DNA from: an uncultured Planctomycetaceae bacterium
Lineage (GTDB): Bacteria > Planctomycetota > Planctomycetia > Pirellulales > Thermoguttaceae
Length of the DNA stretch: 39,503 bases
Reading direction: 5' to 3'
NCBI GenBank assembly: GCA_964599445.1
Contig: CAZRGJ010000001.1
Coordinates: forward strand, 1-39,503
This document shows positions 1 to 9,034 of the stretch, in pieces. The notes under the pieces are model-generated. The model was given only the letters and a program-made list of their open reading frames with translations. It had not been told where the DNA came from and did not search any database. The stretch's first letter is position 1. Each line of letters opens with the position of its first letter. A program made the position numbers and the translations under genes.

Positions 1-70
1 GTGCCGTCCATTTCGAAAACGGTTTCGAGATGATGCCGTTTTTCATGAACGGGGCTGTGGAAATATGAAA

Positions 71-162
71 CCGCTGAAACTTCGGAAAGATCACAGAAGT
101 GTGCAGAGCTGAGATCTTTTAACACGAAATTCACGAAAAGACGCAGATTTCACAAAGTGATT
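71..162 (-). repeat. Copy (inverted orientation) of a ~92-nt dispersed intergenic element
   Basis: The minus-strand sequence aatcactttgtgaaatctgcgtcttttcgtgaatttcgtgttaaaag...cttctgtgatctttccgaagtttcagcgg aligns by eye along its whole length with 33569..33662 (+). Identity is roughly 70%. Both copies contain two GTGAAWYYYGYG 12-mers separated by TCTTTTY. Confidence 0.6.
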
Positions 163-334
163 GTGGGAAGGTGTTAAAGGCTTGGCTGGTTGCGGTGTAT
201 CGATCCGAGGCTGATTTTGCCACTGAAAACACGGAAGATCCGTAGATGCGTACTGAAAAGAATGAGGGAAATTCCTGATACGGATCTCTCGAAAAGTATG
301 AAAATGCACAAAATAGATTCTTGAAAATCAGAAG

Positions 335-533
335 ATGTTTGTGAAATTTATTTTTACTTGCTTTTCGTGTTAAAATCCGTGTTTTCTGTTTTTCTGTGGT
401 GGAACTGATACTCAGTTGCCGGATGAACTATTTAAAATGTTTGTGAAATCTGTTTTTGTGTTATGAGCAGTGCTTCTCTGTGGGGGGGGGAGTGTCTTCG
501 GTGGCGGAATTGGTGCGCAGCTGCCGGATGAGC
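335..533 (+). repeat. Two imperfect tandem ~95-100-nt units related to the same dispersed element
   Basis: Unit 1 (335..428) and unit 2 (436..533) both start atgtttgtgaaat. Both contain ctgtgg(t/g)gg and both end cag(t/c)tgccggatga(a/g)c. Unit 1 also shares cttttcgtgttaaaa and gttttctg...tggtgg with the copies at 71..162 and 33569..33662. Confidence 0.55.
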
Positions 534-676
534 CGGTTTTTTGGAGAAATTTTGGATTTTCGGGAGACCTCCCACTGGTTTAATTTCATTTTCGTAGTAA
601 AATAAGAGTGCGTTGGGGTCTATTCGATTTGGGGGTTTTTCGTATTTGGGATTTTCAGAACATGGGAGAGCAGAAA

Positions 677-2653
677 ATGACGGACTTTTCGAATCAGAAC
701 ACACACAAAGGATTGATCTCGGACTACGATCTTTACCTGCTGGGACAGGGAAAGCACTGGAAGACCTACGAGAAGCTCGGAGCGCATCCCTGTACCATCG
801 ATGGAGAAGCCGGCGTTAATTTCGCGGTCTGGGCACCGAATGCGGATGAGGTCAGCGTCATTGGCGATTTCAACGGCTGGGATCCGCGAGCGAATTTCAT
901 GTGGAAGCATCAGGAAAACGGCGTCTGGGAGACGTTCATTCCCGGTGCAAAGGCCGGCATGTTCTACAAATTCTACCTTCGGAACGGCGAGCGGGCTTTC
1001 GAAAAATGCGATCCCTACGCGTTCGGCTGCGAGTGCCCTCCTCAAAATGCGTGCCGGATCATCGATCTGGAACAGTACACGTGGAAGGACGCCGACTGGG
1101 TGGAAGATCGTGCTGCGTTTGACTGGCAGAGTCGGCCCATTTCGATCTATGAAGTCCATCCCGGAAGCTGGCAGACCCCGAATTCCGGAACCTCGCAGTG
1201 GCTGAACTATCGCGAACTTGCCGACCGGCTCGTGCCTTACGTGAAGAAGATGAATTTCACGCACATTGAGCTTCTTCCAGTCTGCGAGCATCCTTTCACC
1301 GGAAGCTGGGGCTACCAGGTCACGGGATACTATGCGCCGACCGCCCGGTATGGTTCGCCGGATGACTTCAAGTATTTCGTGGATCTCTGCCATCAGAACG
1401 GCATCGGCGTCATTCTGGACTGGGTGCCTGCGCATTTCCCGAAGGACGCTTTTGGGCTGGGCCGTTTCGATGGAACGCCGCTTTATGAGCACGCGGATCC
1501 GCGTCAGGGCGAACATGCCGACTGGGGAACGTACATTTTCAACTACGGACGGAATGAAGTCCGGAATTTCCTCATCGCCAACGCGATGTTCTGGGTCGAT
1601 CAGTACCATGTGGACGGTCTGCGTGTGGACGCAGTCGCGTCGATGCTTTACCTCGACTACAGCCGGAAGGAAGGCGAGTGGGTCCCGAATCAGTACGGCG
1701 GACGCGAAAATATCGAGGCGATCGACTTCCTGCGTGAAATGAACCGCGAAGTTCAGATGCACTTTCCCGGAACGCTCACCATCGCGGAAGAATCGACGGC
1801 GTGGCCGGGCGTGACGCTTCCGGGGTATGCGGGAGGTCTGGGATTCTGCATGAAATGGAACATGGGGTGGATGCACGATACGCTTGCGTACATGAAAAAC
1901 GACCCGATTTTCCGAAAATACCATCACGATCAGCTCACGTTCAGCATCCTGTACTCATTCCACGAGAATTTCCTCCTTCCGTTCTCTCACGATGAGGTGG
2001 TCCACTGCAAGGGATCGCTCATCGGCAAAATGTCGGGCGACACGTGGCAGAAGTGCGCGAATCTGCGTCTTCTGTATGCCTACCAGTGGACGCATCCCGG
2101 CAAGAAGCTCCTTTTCATGGGCGGCGAGTTCGGACAGTGGAACGAGTGGCGCGATAATGGGCAGCTGGACTGGAATCTGCTGGAATTCGAGCAGCATCAG
2201 GGGATCCAGCGCTGCGTTTCCGATCTGGGGCATCTCTACGAAACGGAACCGGCACTTTACGAGCAGGATTTCCGGCAGGATGGCTTCCAGTGGATCGACT
2301 GTTCCAATCGGGACTGCAGTACGCTGTCGTTCATGCGGAAGGCGAAAGATCCCCAGGATTACCTCATCGTGATCTGCAATTTCACGCCGAACGTGCGGCA
2401 CGATTTCTGGGTGGGGGTTCCGGAGATCACGGAATTTCAGGAGATCTTCAACAGTGACTCACGCTACTACGGCGGGAGCAACGTGCACAATGAGCGCATT
2501 TTTTCCGAACCGCGGCCGTGCCAGGGATTTACAGATTCCATCCGCGTGACGCTTCCGCCGCTGGGAGTTCTCGTCCTCAAACCAATTCGGGATCCCCGAA
2601 AAGTGAAGAGTTCGGACGGAAATTCCGAAAAGAAAAACGGAAACACGAAATAA
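677..2653 (+). CDS. glgB: 1,4-alpha-glucan branching enzyme (GH13 with N-terminal CBM48-like region)
   Basis: Long ORF with GH13 branching-enzyme motifs [35 protein letters not shown] and FSHDEVVH. Start placed at ATG 677, preceded by GGGAGAG. ATG 662 and GTG 608 are alternative starts. Confidence 0.94.
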   Translation: MTDFSNQNTHKGLISDYDLYLLGQGKHWKTYEKLGAHPCTIDGEAGVNFAVWAPNADEVSVIGDFNGWDPRANFMWKHQENGVWETFIPGAKAGMFYKFYLRNGERAFEKCDPYAFGCECPPQNACRIIDLEQYTWKDADWVEDRAAFDWQSRPISIYEVHPGSWQTPNSGTSQWLNYRELADRLVPYVKKMNFTHIELLPVCEHPFTGSWGYQVTGYYAPTARYGSPDDFKYFVDLCHQNGIGVILDWVPAHFPKDAFGLGRFDGTPLYEHADPRQGEHADWGTYIFNYGRNEVRNFLIANAMFWVDQYHVDGLRVDAVASMLYLDYSRKEGEWVPNQYGGRENIEAIDFLREMNREVQMHFPGTLTIAEESTAWPGVTLPGYAGGLGFCMKWNMGWMHDTLAYMKNDPIFRKYHHDQLTFSILYSFHENFLLPFSHDEVVHCKGSLIGKMSGDTWQKCANLRLLYAYQWTHPGKKLLFMGGEFGQWNEWRDNGQLDWNLLEFEQHQGIQRCVSDLGHLYETEPALYEQDFRQDGFQWIDCSNRDCSTLSFMRKAKDPQDYLIVICNFTPNVRHDFWVGVPEITEFQEIFNSDSRYYGGSNVHNERIFSEPRPCQGFTDSIRVTLPPLGVLVLKPIRDPRKVKSSDGNSEKKNGNTK

Positions 2654-2675
2654 AATTTTAGAGATTTGGCAGTAG

Positions 2676-2715
2676 TCGAGCACCTTCCAACGGGGGGTGC
2701 CCGCGGACTTTTTTT
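2676..2715 (+). terminator. Probable rho-independent terminator of glgB
   Basis: Imperfect GC-rich stem (gtcgagcacc / ggtgcccgcggac) followed by a T7 run at 2709..2715, 23 nt after the glgB stop. Confidence 0.5.
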
Positions 2716-2757
2716 GATTCATCGTTCCGGAGACCGATGGGACGATGGCCCTTTTGT

Positions 2758-3906
2758 ATGATCAATATTTTAAGACAGGAAATCCTTACGGAGTCGCCTA
2801 CTATCGTCGTGAAGGTCGGAACGCGCATCCTGACCGACGAAAAAGGCCATTTGAGTGAATCGCAGATCGAATCATTTGCCAATCAGCTCGCCGAAGCCAG
2901 ACAGAAGGGCTTTCGGATGGTGCTGGTCAGTTCCGGGGCCGTCGGGTCCGGGATCGGGCGTCTTGGGCTTCCGGGAAGACCGACCGACCTGGCGCAGCTT
3001 CAGGCTGTGGCTGCGGTGGGACAGAGCGCGCTGATCGAGGCGTACAATCACCATCTGGAAAAACTGGGACTTCACGCCGCTCAGATCCTCCTGACTGCCG
3101 ATGATCTGGAACACCGTGCCAAATACCTGAATGTGCGCAACACGCTGAATGCGCTGCTTGAGTACGGCGCGATCCCGATCATCAACGAAAACGATACGCT
3201 CAGCGTCGCGGAACTCAAAACGACTTTCGGCGACAATGACCGGCTGGCGGCGCTCGTGGCGGATCTGATCCACGCTCCGCTGCTGATTCTGCTTTCCGAT
3301 ATTGACGGCCTCTACAATGGGGATCCGCGGAATCCGGAATCGAAACTGATCGAAACGGTCCACCGGATCGATTCTTCCATCCAGTCGCTGGCGTTTGACC
3401 GTCTGACCGGGCTGAGCAAGGGAGGAATGGCGAGTAAACTTCGGATCGCGCATCAGATCACCCACGCGGGCGGAAGCGTCATCATCGCGAACGGACGGGA
3501 ACCGAGGATCCTGCAGAAGATCCTGAACTGCGAAGATTTCGGGACTCTTTTCCTGCCGCAGGGAACGCGAATGGCCGCGCGAAAACAGTGGATCGGCTAC
3601 GCGATCATGCCGAGAGGGCGTGTGGTGGTCGATGACGGCTGCGCAAAAGCTCTGGTGGAAAACGGAAAGAGTCTTCTTCCGGTCGGCATTCGTGCCGTTG
3701 AGGGCGAATTTGAACATGGCGACGTTCTGGCCGTCTGCACAGAAGACGGACTTGAGATCGCCCGCGGATTCACGAACTACTCCTCCTCCGATCTGGAACG
3801 GATCAAAGGTCGGCATTCCGACGAGATCGAAGCGGAATTCCCGGACATTCTCCATTACGAGGAGGTGATGCACCGCGACAATCTGACCCTCACGACGATG
3901 GTGTAG
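2758..3906 (+). CDS. proB: Glutamate 5-kinase with C-terminal PUA domain
   Basis: Amino-acid-kinase motifs VVKVGTRILTDEKG, LVSSGAVGSG and IINENDT. C-terminal PUA-like segment GRVVVDDGCAKAL..LPVGI..GDVL. Start placed at ATG 2758; the ORF track begins at 2737. Confidence 0.93.
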   Translation: MINILRQEILTESPTIVVKVGTRILTDEKGHLSESQIESFANQLAEARQKGFRMVLVSSGAVGSGIGRLGLPGRPTDLAQLQAVAAVGQSALIEAYNHHLEKLGLHAAQILLTADDLEHRAKYLNVRNTLNALLEYGAIPIINENDTLSVAELKTTFGDNDRLAALVADLIHAPLLILLSDIDGLYNGDPRNPESKLIETVHRIDSSIQSLAFDRLTGLSKGGMASKLRIAHQITHAGGSVIIANGREPRILQKILNCEDFGTLFLPQGTRMAARKQWIGYAIMPRGRVVVDDGCAKALVENGKSLLPVGIRAVEGEFEHGDVLAVCTEDGLEIARGFTNYSSSDLERIKGRHSDEIEAEFPDILHYEEVMHRDNLTLTTMV

Positions 3907-3926
3907 ACCGTGATGGTGTAGACCGT
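3897..3926 (+). repeat. Perfect 15-bp tandem duplication spanning the proB stop codon
   Basis: gatggtgtagaccgt occurs twice (3897..3911 and 3912..3926). It encodes M-V-stop, then M-V-stop again in frame. Confidence 0.9.
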
Positions 3927-3945
3927 TTTTCGGAAGGAAAAGCGC

Positions 3946-3990
3946 AAAGATCCCGCAGGTCATGAAAAGCGAATGGCCTGCGGGATCTTT
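3946..3990. terminator. Bidirectional hairpin terminator between convergent proB and the isomerase gene
   Basis: Perfect 14-bp stem aaagatcccgcagg / cctgcgggatcttt with a 17-nt loop. T-runs follow on both strands. Confidence 0.65.
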
Positions 3991-4015
3991 TTGTGAAATT
4001 TGAGGGTGGAGAAAC

Positions 4016-4876
4016 TCAGATCTCTGATTCCACTTTCTTCATGTAGTCGATGCTCTTCTTCGTGAGAGCTTCCGCGCCCGGGGTGTAGTCGAAGACCTCG
4101 ACGCTGACCCAGCCGTCAAACTGCGTTTCCTTCAGAGCCTTGAACAGCGGGTGGAAATCCAGCTCGCCGAAACCGGGACCCTGGAGATTCGGGTCGTTGG
4201 CGTGGAAATGGCGCGTCCACGGGCGGAACTGACGGATGACGTCTTCCATCGGACGGCGAGTTCCGTCGGCATTCAGTTCCGCGCCCCACATCGCTTTGCA
4301 GTCCAGCATCATCTGGAGCCAGGGCGACTTGACCATCTGGACGAGAGCGAGCGTTTCCATCGCGCTGGCGAGGAAGTTCGTCTCGGCCGGAGCAAGCGGT
4401 TCCATGGCGATGGTGACTTTATTTTTCTCAAGGACCGAGACCAGCTCGCAGAGTGCGTCGGCCGCGAATTCGTACGCCTGATCGCGCGTGACGCCGACTT
4501 CGACATTCCGCTGCTTCGGAGACCCCCAGATCATGATATTTCCGCCGAGGTCCGCGCAAAGCTCGATGAGTGCTTTGCCGTACTCGACCGTCTTTTTCCG
4601 AATGTCGGCATCCGGATGCGTGAGGTGGAACCCCTGCGTCTTGGCCAGCAGCCAGTGAAGACCGACGATCTGGATGCCGGAATTTTTCGCGATATTCCGG
4701 ATCTTCGTGCGCGTCGCGTCGGTGATCTCCAGCACATTGGCCGGGTTATCGGTCGGCGTGATGGTGAACGGAGCGAGCTCCATCCCTTCGTAACCGCACT
4801 CGGCAACAAAATCAAACTGCTTCTCCAGGCTCCAGCCCTCAAAAAGCTCGTTGCACATTGCGTATTTAAATGCCAT
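4016..4876 (-). CDS. Sugar phosphate isomerase/epimerase (xylose isomerase-like TIM barrel family)
   Basis: 286-aa ORF. The N-terminus MAFKYAMCNELFEGWSLEKQFDFVAECGYEGMELAPFT and the HFHANDPN segment are typical of AP-endonuclease-2/xylose-isomerase-like TIM-barrel proteins. AGGAG RBS upstream of the ATG. Confidence 0.8.
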   Translation of the reverse strand: MAFKYAMCNELFEGWSLEKQFDFVAECGYEGMELAPFTITPTDNPANVLEITDATRTKIRNIAKNSGIQIVGLHWLLAKTQGFHLTHPDADIRKKTVEYGKALIELCADLGGNIMIWGSPKQRNVEVGVTRDQAYEFAADALCELVSVLEKNKVTIAMEPLAPAETNFLASAMETLALVQMVKSPWLQMMLDCKAMWGAELNADGTRRPMEDVIRQFRPWTRHFHANDPNLQGPGFGELDFHPLFKALKETQFDGWVSVEVFDYTPGAEALTKKSIDYMKKVESEI

Positions 4877-4937
4877 GTTTTTCTCCTTTCAGGTATGGGG
4901 GGAATATGAATATATCCTTTATCTTTTAAGTTAAAAT

Positions 4938-5930
4938 TCAGGACATCGGTTTACGAACTATTTTAAATTTCAGTTCAGAGTAATCAATATCATAATAGGA
5001 AAGCAACTCTTTTAATATTCGGATTTTCCCCATCGTACTTGAGTGGTGACACAAGTATATTCCGGGACCAATTTTTTCCCATTTAGATTTATCTTTGCAT
5101 TGATTATGTAAATATTTCACTTTTTTATCTGCAGTCAATTGACGTAATATCTCCGGGGCTGTGTTGAAAAGAGTTTCCACAACTTTTACCAACATATTTT
5201 TCCAGTAATCAATATCGTACCACTCTTCTTGGAAATAAAATGCTTTAATATTGCAGTTTGTGAAAAAGCTTTCATCTTCGTTATTAAGGGCACACCGTAT
5301 TATCTCATCCTCTGCCTGTTGATGAATCGGTCTGTCGAAGGGCATGTTAAGAGCGTTATCATTCTCTTCTGATATAACTTCAATAATTTGGATTCCGCAA
5401 ATAGTATCGTAAAGAACATTTAGCTCTTTTAAATCCATTTTATTAATTGACTTTTGAAAAAATTCAAAATTTTCTTTTAAATTTTGAGAAATTTTCATGT
5501 CATCAAATGGACGATTGTTTAAAATTGCCTCAAGTGTAGGTTGTTCATCCGGGGTTAAAATCAGTTTTAACTTTTTTGGGGCTGTTTGGGTAAAAATATA
5601 AGAATTCCTCAATGTTTCAGCACAATCCAATTCCAAATGAATGGATCGTTTTTCCATCTCGCGTGCTAATGCTTCAAAAAGCAATATGAAGGTCGTAATA
5701 CGCCCTAGGCCATCTAGGAGCACGAAATTCAGAATGCCATTTTCGCTGTATTTTTCATAGTTAATATTGCCTATGAAAAGTGTGCAGGATAGGCAGGCGG
5801 CATGCATAATGTTCTCCAATAATACCTGACATTGAATTTTGTCCCAGGTATATTCAAATGGTCCCATGGTTGTAAATTGTGTTTTGGGACCACTCAATAA
5901 ATCAATTAGCAGCATGTCTTTCGCTCTCAT
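4938..5930 (-). CDS. Hypothetical protein with a degenerate DUF262 (ParB/Srx-like, GmrSD N-terminal type) domain, encoded on a low-GC island
   Basis: 330-aa ORF starting at ATG 5930, preceded by AAAGGAGAAAACA. The ORF track starts at TTG 5975. The motif order resembles DUF262: GPFEYTW in place of IPxYQRxYxW, then FIGNI, then LLDGLGRITTFILL in place of IIDGQQRLTT. Composition is very AT-rich compared with the flanks. Confidence 0.6.
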   Translation of the reverse strand: MRAKDMLLIDLLSGPKTQFTTMGPFEYTWDKIQCQVLLENIMHAACLSCTLFIGNINYEKYSENGILNFVLLDGLGRITTFILLFEALAREMEKRSIHLELDCAETLRNSYIFTQTAPKKLKLILTPDEQPTLEAILNNRPFDDMKISQNLKENFEFFQKSINKMDLKELNVLYDTICGIQIIEVISEENDNALNMPFDRPIHQQAEDEIIRCALNNEDESFFTNCNIKAFYFQEEWYDIDYWKNMLVKVVETLFNTAPEILRQLTADKKVKYLHNQCKDKSKWEKIGPGIYLCHHSSTMGKIRILKELLSYYDIDYSELKFKIVRKPMS

Positions 5931-6086
5931 TGTTTTCTCCTTTGTATTAGTGTGAGGAAATTTTGTTCTTGCCAAATGCCTCCAAAAATTTTAGGAGGTG
6001 GAAAATCGTGTGTTAGGTGATGATATTTTGTGTTGCTGGATATTCAGCACTCCCCCCTCTCCAAAAGTTTTTTGAAGATGGGGTTT

Positions 6087-6122
6087 GGGGAAGAAACGAT
6101 TTTTCAAAAATGTTTCTTCCCC
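6087..6122 (-). terminator. Hairpin downstream of hemE (possible operon terminator, no clear U-tract)
   Basis: Perfect 11-bp stem ggggaagaaac / gtttcttcccc with a 14-nt loop, 43 nt beyond the hemE stop. It sits at the boundary of the low-GC island. Confidence 0.4.
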
Positions 6123-6164
6123 AAATGTGTTTTACAGGGGGATTCGGGGTGGGGTATGGGAAGG

Positions 6165-7187
6165 TCAGTGCTGGGTGAGTTCGTGGACGATCTTGACGAG
6201 TTCGACGGCGTTTTCGACGGGGGTCTGCTGGTGGACGCCGTGGCCGAGGTTGAAGATGTGGCCGGGGCGGTTCCCGAGCTGATCGAGGAGGCGGCGGACG
6301 CGGGTGCGGATCTCGGACGGGGAGGCAAGGAGAATGGCGGGGTCAAGGTTTCCCTGGAATGCGCGGTCCGGACCGATCATGCGCCAGGCGTCGAGCGGTT
6401 CGATACGCCAATCCGCGCCGATGCAGTCTCCGCCGGCGGCCGTCACTGCGGGAAGGAGCATCGGGTTGCCTGTCGTGAAGTGGATGACCGGCGTTTCAGG
6501 CGAGTGGGCTTTTACGCGGGAGATCATCGAGGCGGAGTACGGCTGAACATACTGGACGTAATCGCTCGGAGAAAGGCATCCGACCCAGCTGTCGAAGAGC
6601 TGCACGATATCCGCGCCCGCATCGATCTGGGCGTTCAGGTAGGCGGCGACCGCGTCGGAAAGGCGCGTCATGATCTGGTCCCACGCCTGCGGCTGCGTGT
6701 ACATCATCTTCTTCACGAAGAGGTAATTTCGGCTTGCTTTTCCCTCGATCGCGTAACTCGCCAGCGTGAACGGCGCACCGGCAAAACCGATCAGCGGGAG
6801 GTTTTCATCCAGACCGGCACGTGTTTTGCGCACGGTCTCGTAGACGTACCCGAGGGCCTGCACATCTTCCAGAGGACGGAGATTTTCGATGAGCGTTTCG
6901 TCGTGGACCGCGTTGTGGATGACGGGACCTTCGCCTTTCTGGAATTCAAGATCCAGCCCCATTTCCTGCAGGATGGGGAGAAGGTCGGAGAAGATGATCG
7001 CCGCGTCCACACCGAGTTTTTCCACGGCCGTGAGCATGACTTCCGCGCAGAGTTCCGGATCGCGGCAGAGTCTGAGAAACGTCGTCTGTTCGCGAACGGC
7101 ACGATATTCCTGCATGTAGCGTCCGGCCTGACGCATCATCCAGATCGGCGTGCAGTCCACAGGCTCACGGCGCAGGGCTTTCATCAT
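6165..7187 (-). CDS. hemE: Uroporphyrinogen decarboxylase
   Basis: Signature PIWMMRQAGRYMQEY near the N-terminus and full-length similarity to HemE. Start placed at ATG 7187 (MMKALRREP); the ORF track begins at TTG 7241. Confidence 0.93.
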   Translation of the reverse strand: MMKALRREPVDCTPIWMMRQAGRYMQEYRAVREQTTFLRLCRDPELCAEVMLTAVEKLGVDAAIIFSDLLPILQEMGLDLEFQKGEGPVIHNAVHDETLIENLRPLEDVQALGYVYETVRKTRAGLDENLPLIGFAGAPFTLASYAIEGKASRNYLFVKKMMYTQPQAWDQIMTRLSDAVAAYLNAQIDAGADIVQLFDSWVGCLSPSDYVQYVQPYSASMISRVKAHSPETPVIHFTTGNPMLLPAVTAAGGDCIGADWRIEPLDAWRMIGPDRAFQGNLDPAILLASPSEIRTRVRRLLDQLGNRPGHIFNLGHGVHQQTPVENAVELVKIVHELTQH

Positions 7188-7324
7188 TCGGCTTTCATGG
7201 CACGGTTTCACGGCAGGTCCTCCAGTTCGGAAAAGTTTCAAAAGGTTTCAGGAAAATAAAGATTGGGGATAAAAAAAGGAAAGACTGGGAAATCGTGTTT
7301 TCCATTTCCCGGCCGAAATCAGGT

Positions 7325-8023
7325 CTAAGCGTCTTCTTCCGCGTCCTGTGCGTCAAAATACGCATTCATCAGCTCGACCGTCTTCCCGATGATCGTGGCA
7401 GTCAGACGGATGCAGCGTTCCTGACGCAGCTGCTTGTGTTCCAGCGAATCATCCACCGCGAGCCACGTGCCTTTACTGTCCGCGCACATGAGCGACGGCG
7501 CGATGGTCTTGACGAAGTTCGGCTTTTTGTCCACGGCAGGAACGAACGTCGGGAGGGCTTCGGCAAGGTAAAAGTCGGTCAGTTTCTTCATCTCGGCGCA
7601 AAGTTCCGCATAATCCGGGATGAAAAGGCCCATGAACAGACCCGCGCCGTTGAGCGTCCCGCAAAGAAGCTCCTGCGCTCCGAACCCGGTCTTTCCGCTG
7701 CGCAGCGCAAGATACGGGAAATTGGCGACCGCTTCCGCCATGTCGGGATTCGCTTCCGCGTAGGCTTTCAGACCGCCTTTGACGGCTCCGTACATGCAGC
7801 CCCACGGTTCGTAGGAGTCGTACGCATGCTGCGCGGCAGCGGCGGGATCCATCTTCACGTACTTCCACGGTTCCTCACGGACCGGACGCGGACGGCGTTT
7901 GCGCTTCGGTTTGTCCTGCGCGTCGGCTTCCTGCGCGGCAAATCCGGCAATCGCGAGACTCAAACCGCCGGCGATGGCTGTTCTGCGGGTCAGTTTCATG
8001 TCGGTCGTCGTTTCTTTTTTCAT
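7325..8023 (-). CDS. Tat-signal protein, probably C_GCAxxG_C_C family (putative redox-active protein)
   Basis: Twin-arginine signal (TRRTAIAGGLSLAIAGFAA). Cysteine pattern WGCMYGAVKGG ... LLCGTLNGAGLF ... LMCADS ... ERCIRL resembles the C_GCAxxG_C_C layout. AAGGAG RBS lies 44 nt after the thyX stop. Confidence 0.5.
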   Translation of the reverse strand: MKKETTTDMKLTRRTAIAGGLSLAIAGFAAQEADAQDKPKRKRRPRPVREEPWKYVKMDPAAAAQHAYDSYEPWGCMYGAVKGGLKAYAEANPDMAEAVANFPYLALRSGKTGFGAQELLCGTLNGAGLFMGLFIPDYAELCAEMKKLTDFYLAEALPTFVPAVDKKPNFVKTIAPSLMCADSKGTWLAVDDSLEHKQLRQERCIRLTATIIGKTVELMNAYFDAQDAEEDA

Positions 8024-8067
8024 AGTATTCTCCTTTTAAAACAAGTTGGGGGACTTTTTGTTTTTTT

Positions 8068-8958
8068 TTATTTCTGAACCACTCCGAGCCGCTGGAGCTT
8101 TTCCCGGCATTCATCCCGTTCCCGGCATCGGGTGAGTCCGGACCACACGGGATCCTGGCACTGAAGGAACGTCTCTTCACTCGCGGGGACCTGCCCCGTC
8201 TGCGCGATGCGCTGAATGACTCCCTGATCCAGTGCCGAAAGCGTCATGGAATTGAAATGGTAGTCCAGAAACGCCTCCCACGTGAGCGGGAACATCGGGC
8301 GGATGATCTCTTCGCCAATGATCGCGGCGTATTCGCGGATCTCAAGCTGCGCGTGCCCCTCCATCCGAAGGGACAGAAAATGAAGCAGATTGTGCATGTC
8401 GCACTTCCAGTACGCCTCGGTATATGTGGAGAGCGGCAGGTCCTTCCGCGCCTGCTCGCGGGCCACGCCGAGTTCCAGACGGCGTTCGTAGCAGTTTCGC
8501 GCACTCTGCTGGAATTCCGCTTCCAGCCGGGTCAGTTCCGCGCCCTGCTTGGGAGTCAGGAGACCTTCGCTCCCCTGCCGGTTCGAGGTCGCCTGAATAC
8601 GCCACGCATCCGGTTCCGTCGCGTACATCGAGTCGATCGCGATGGAGTAGCGCGTCGAGTATTCATTCACCGACGCCGTCCTGTGCCGGATCCACTGCCG
8701 CCAGGTGTCCATCGGAACGCGGACCATGAGTTTGACCTCCGCCATTTCAAACGGCGTGGTGTGGCGGTGTCGGAGGAGATAGCGGATGAGCGTTTTGTCG
8801 TCAGAGACGGGACGGGTCCCTTCTCCGTAACTGGTCCGCGCTGCCTGAACGATCGCGGCATCATCGCCCATCGCGTCTACGAGACAGACGAAACCGTCAT
8901 TCAAAACAGGGAACTTCTTCCAGCGCAGCGATTCCAGTACTTCTTTATTCGAGGTCAT
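8068..8958 (-). CDS. thyX: FAD-dependent thymidylate synthase
   Basis: ThyX signature RHRTASVNEYSTRY (RHRxxSxxxxSxR) plus HRHTTPFEMAE. 296 aa. Confidence 0.93.
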   Translation of the reverse strand: MTSNKEVLESLRWKKFPVLNDGFVCLVDAMGDDAAIVQAARTSYGEGTRPVSDDKTLIRYLLRHRHTTPFEMAEVKLMVRVPMDTWRQWIRHRTASVNEYSTRYSIAIDSMYATEPDAWRIQATSNRQGSEGLLTPKQGAELTRLEAEFQQSARNCYERRLELGVAREQARKDLPLSTYTEAYWKCDMHNLLHFLSLRMEGHAQLEIREYAAIIGEEIIRPMFPLTWEAFLDYHFNSMTLSALDQGVIQRIAQTGQVPASEETFLQCQDPVWSGLTRCRERDECREKLQRLGVVQK

Positions 8959-9034
8959 GATTCGGGGATTTCGGGATTTAAGGTCAATGAAAACAGTGCT
9001 CCCGAGATCTTCATATTTCGGGAATCAGACGTTC

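Noticed and set aside
1-68. Possible gene fragment at the left edge
   Set aside because: Two readings are possible: frame 3 on the plus strand, ending TGA at 66..68, or a minus-strand start MKNGIISKPFSKWTA at 46. Both are short open frames with plausible GC3 content. There is no motif or RBS to choose between them, so I do not call either.
91-704. 72-aa (91..309) and 90-aa (432..704) minus-strand ORFs upstream of glgB
   Set aside because: They translate the dispersed repeat element (for example FVKSASFREFRVK) and have no RBS. The second also overlaps the glgB start region. I treat them as non-coding repeat DNA.
620-1927. 435-aa ORF antisense to glgB
   Set aside because: It lies entirely within and opposite to a gene with unambiguous GH13 motifs. 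Its translation is Arg/Pro-rich and low-complexity, as expected for the antisense frame of a high-GC gene.
4920-6030. Low-GC island considered as an IS element or transposon
   Set aside because: There is no transposase or integrase-like ORF, no terminal inverted repeats and no target-site duplication. The only shared flank string (gttttctccttt) coincides with the two genes' ribosome-binding sites.
6030-7259. 409-aa plus-strand ORF covering hemE
   Set aside because: It is antisense to hemE, which has the PIWMMRQAGRY signature. It has no recognisable motifs and a biased Arg/Gly/Asp/Val composition.
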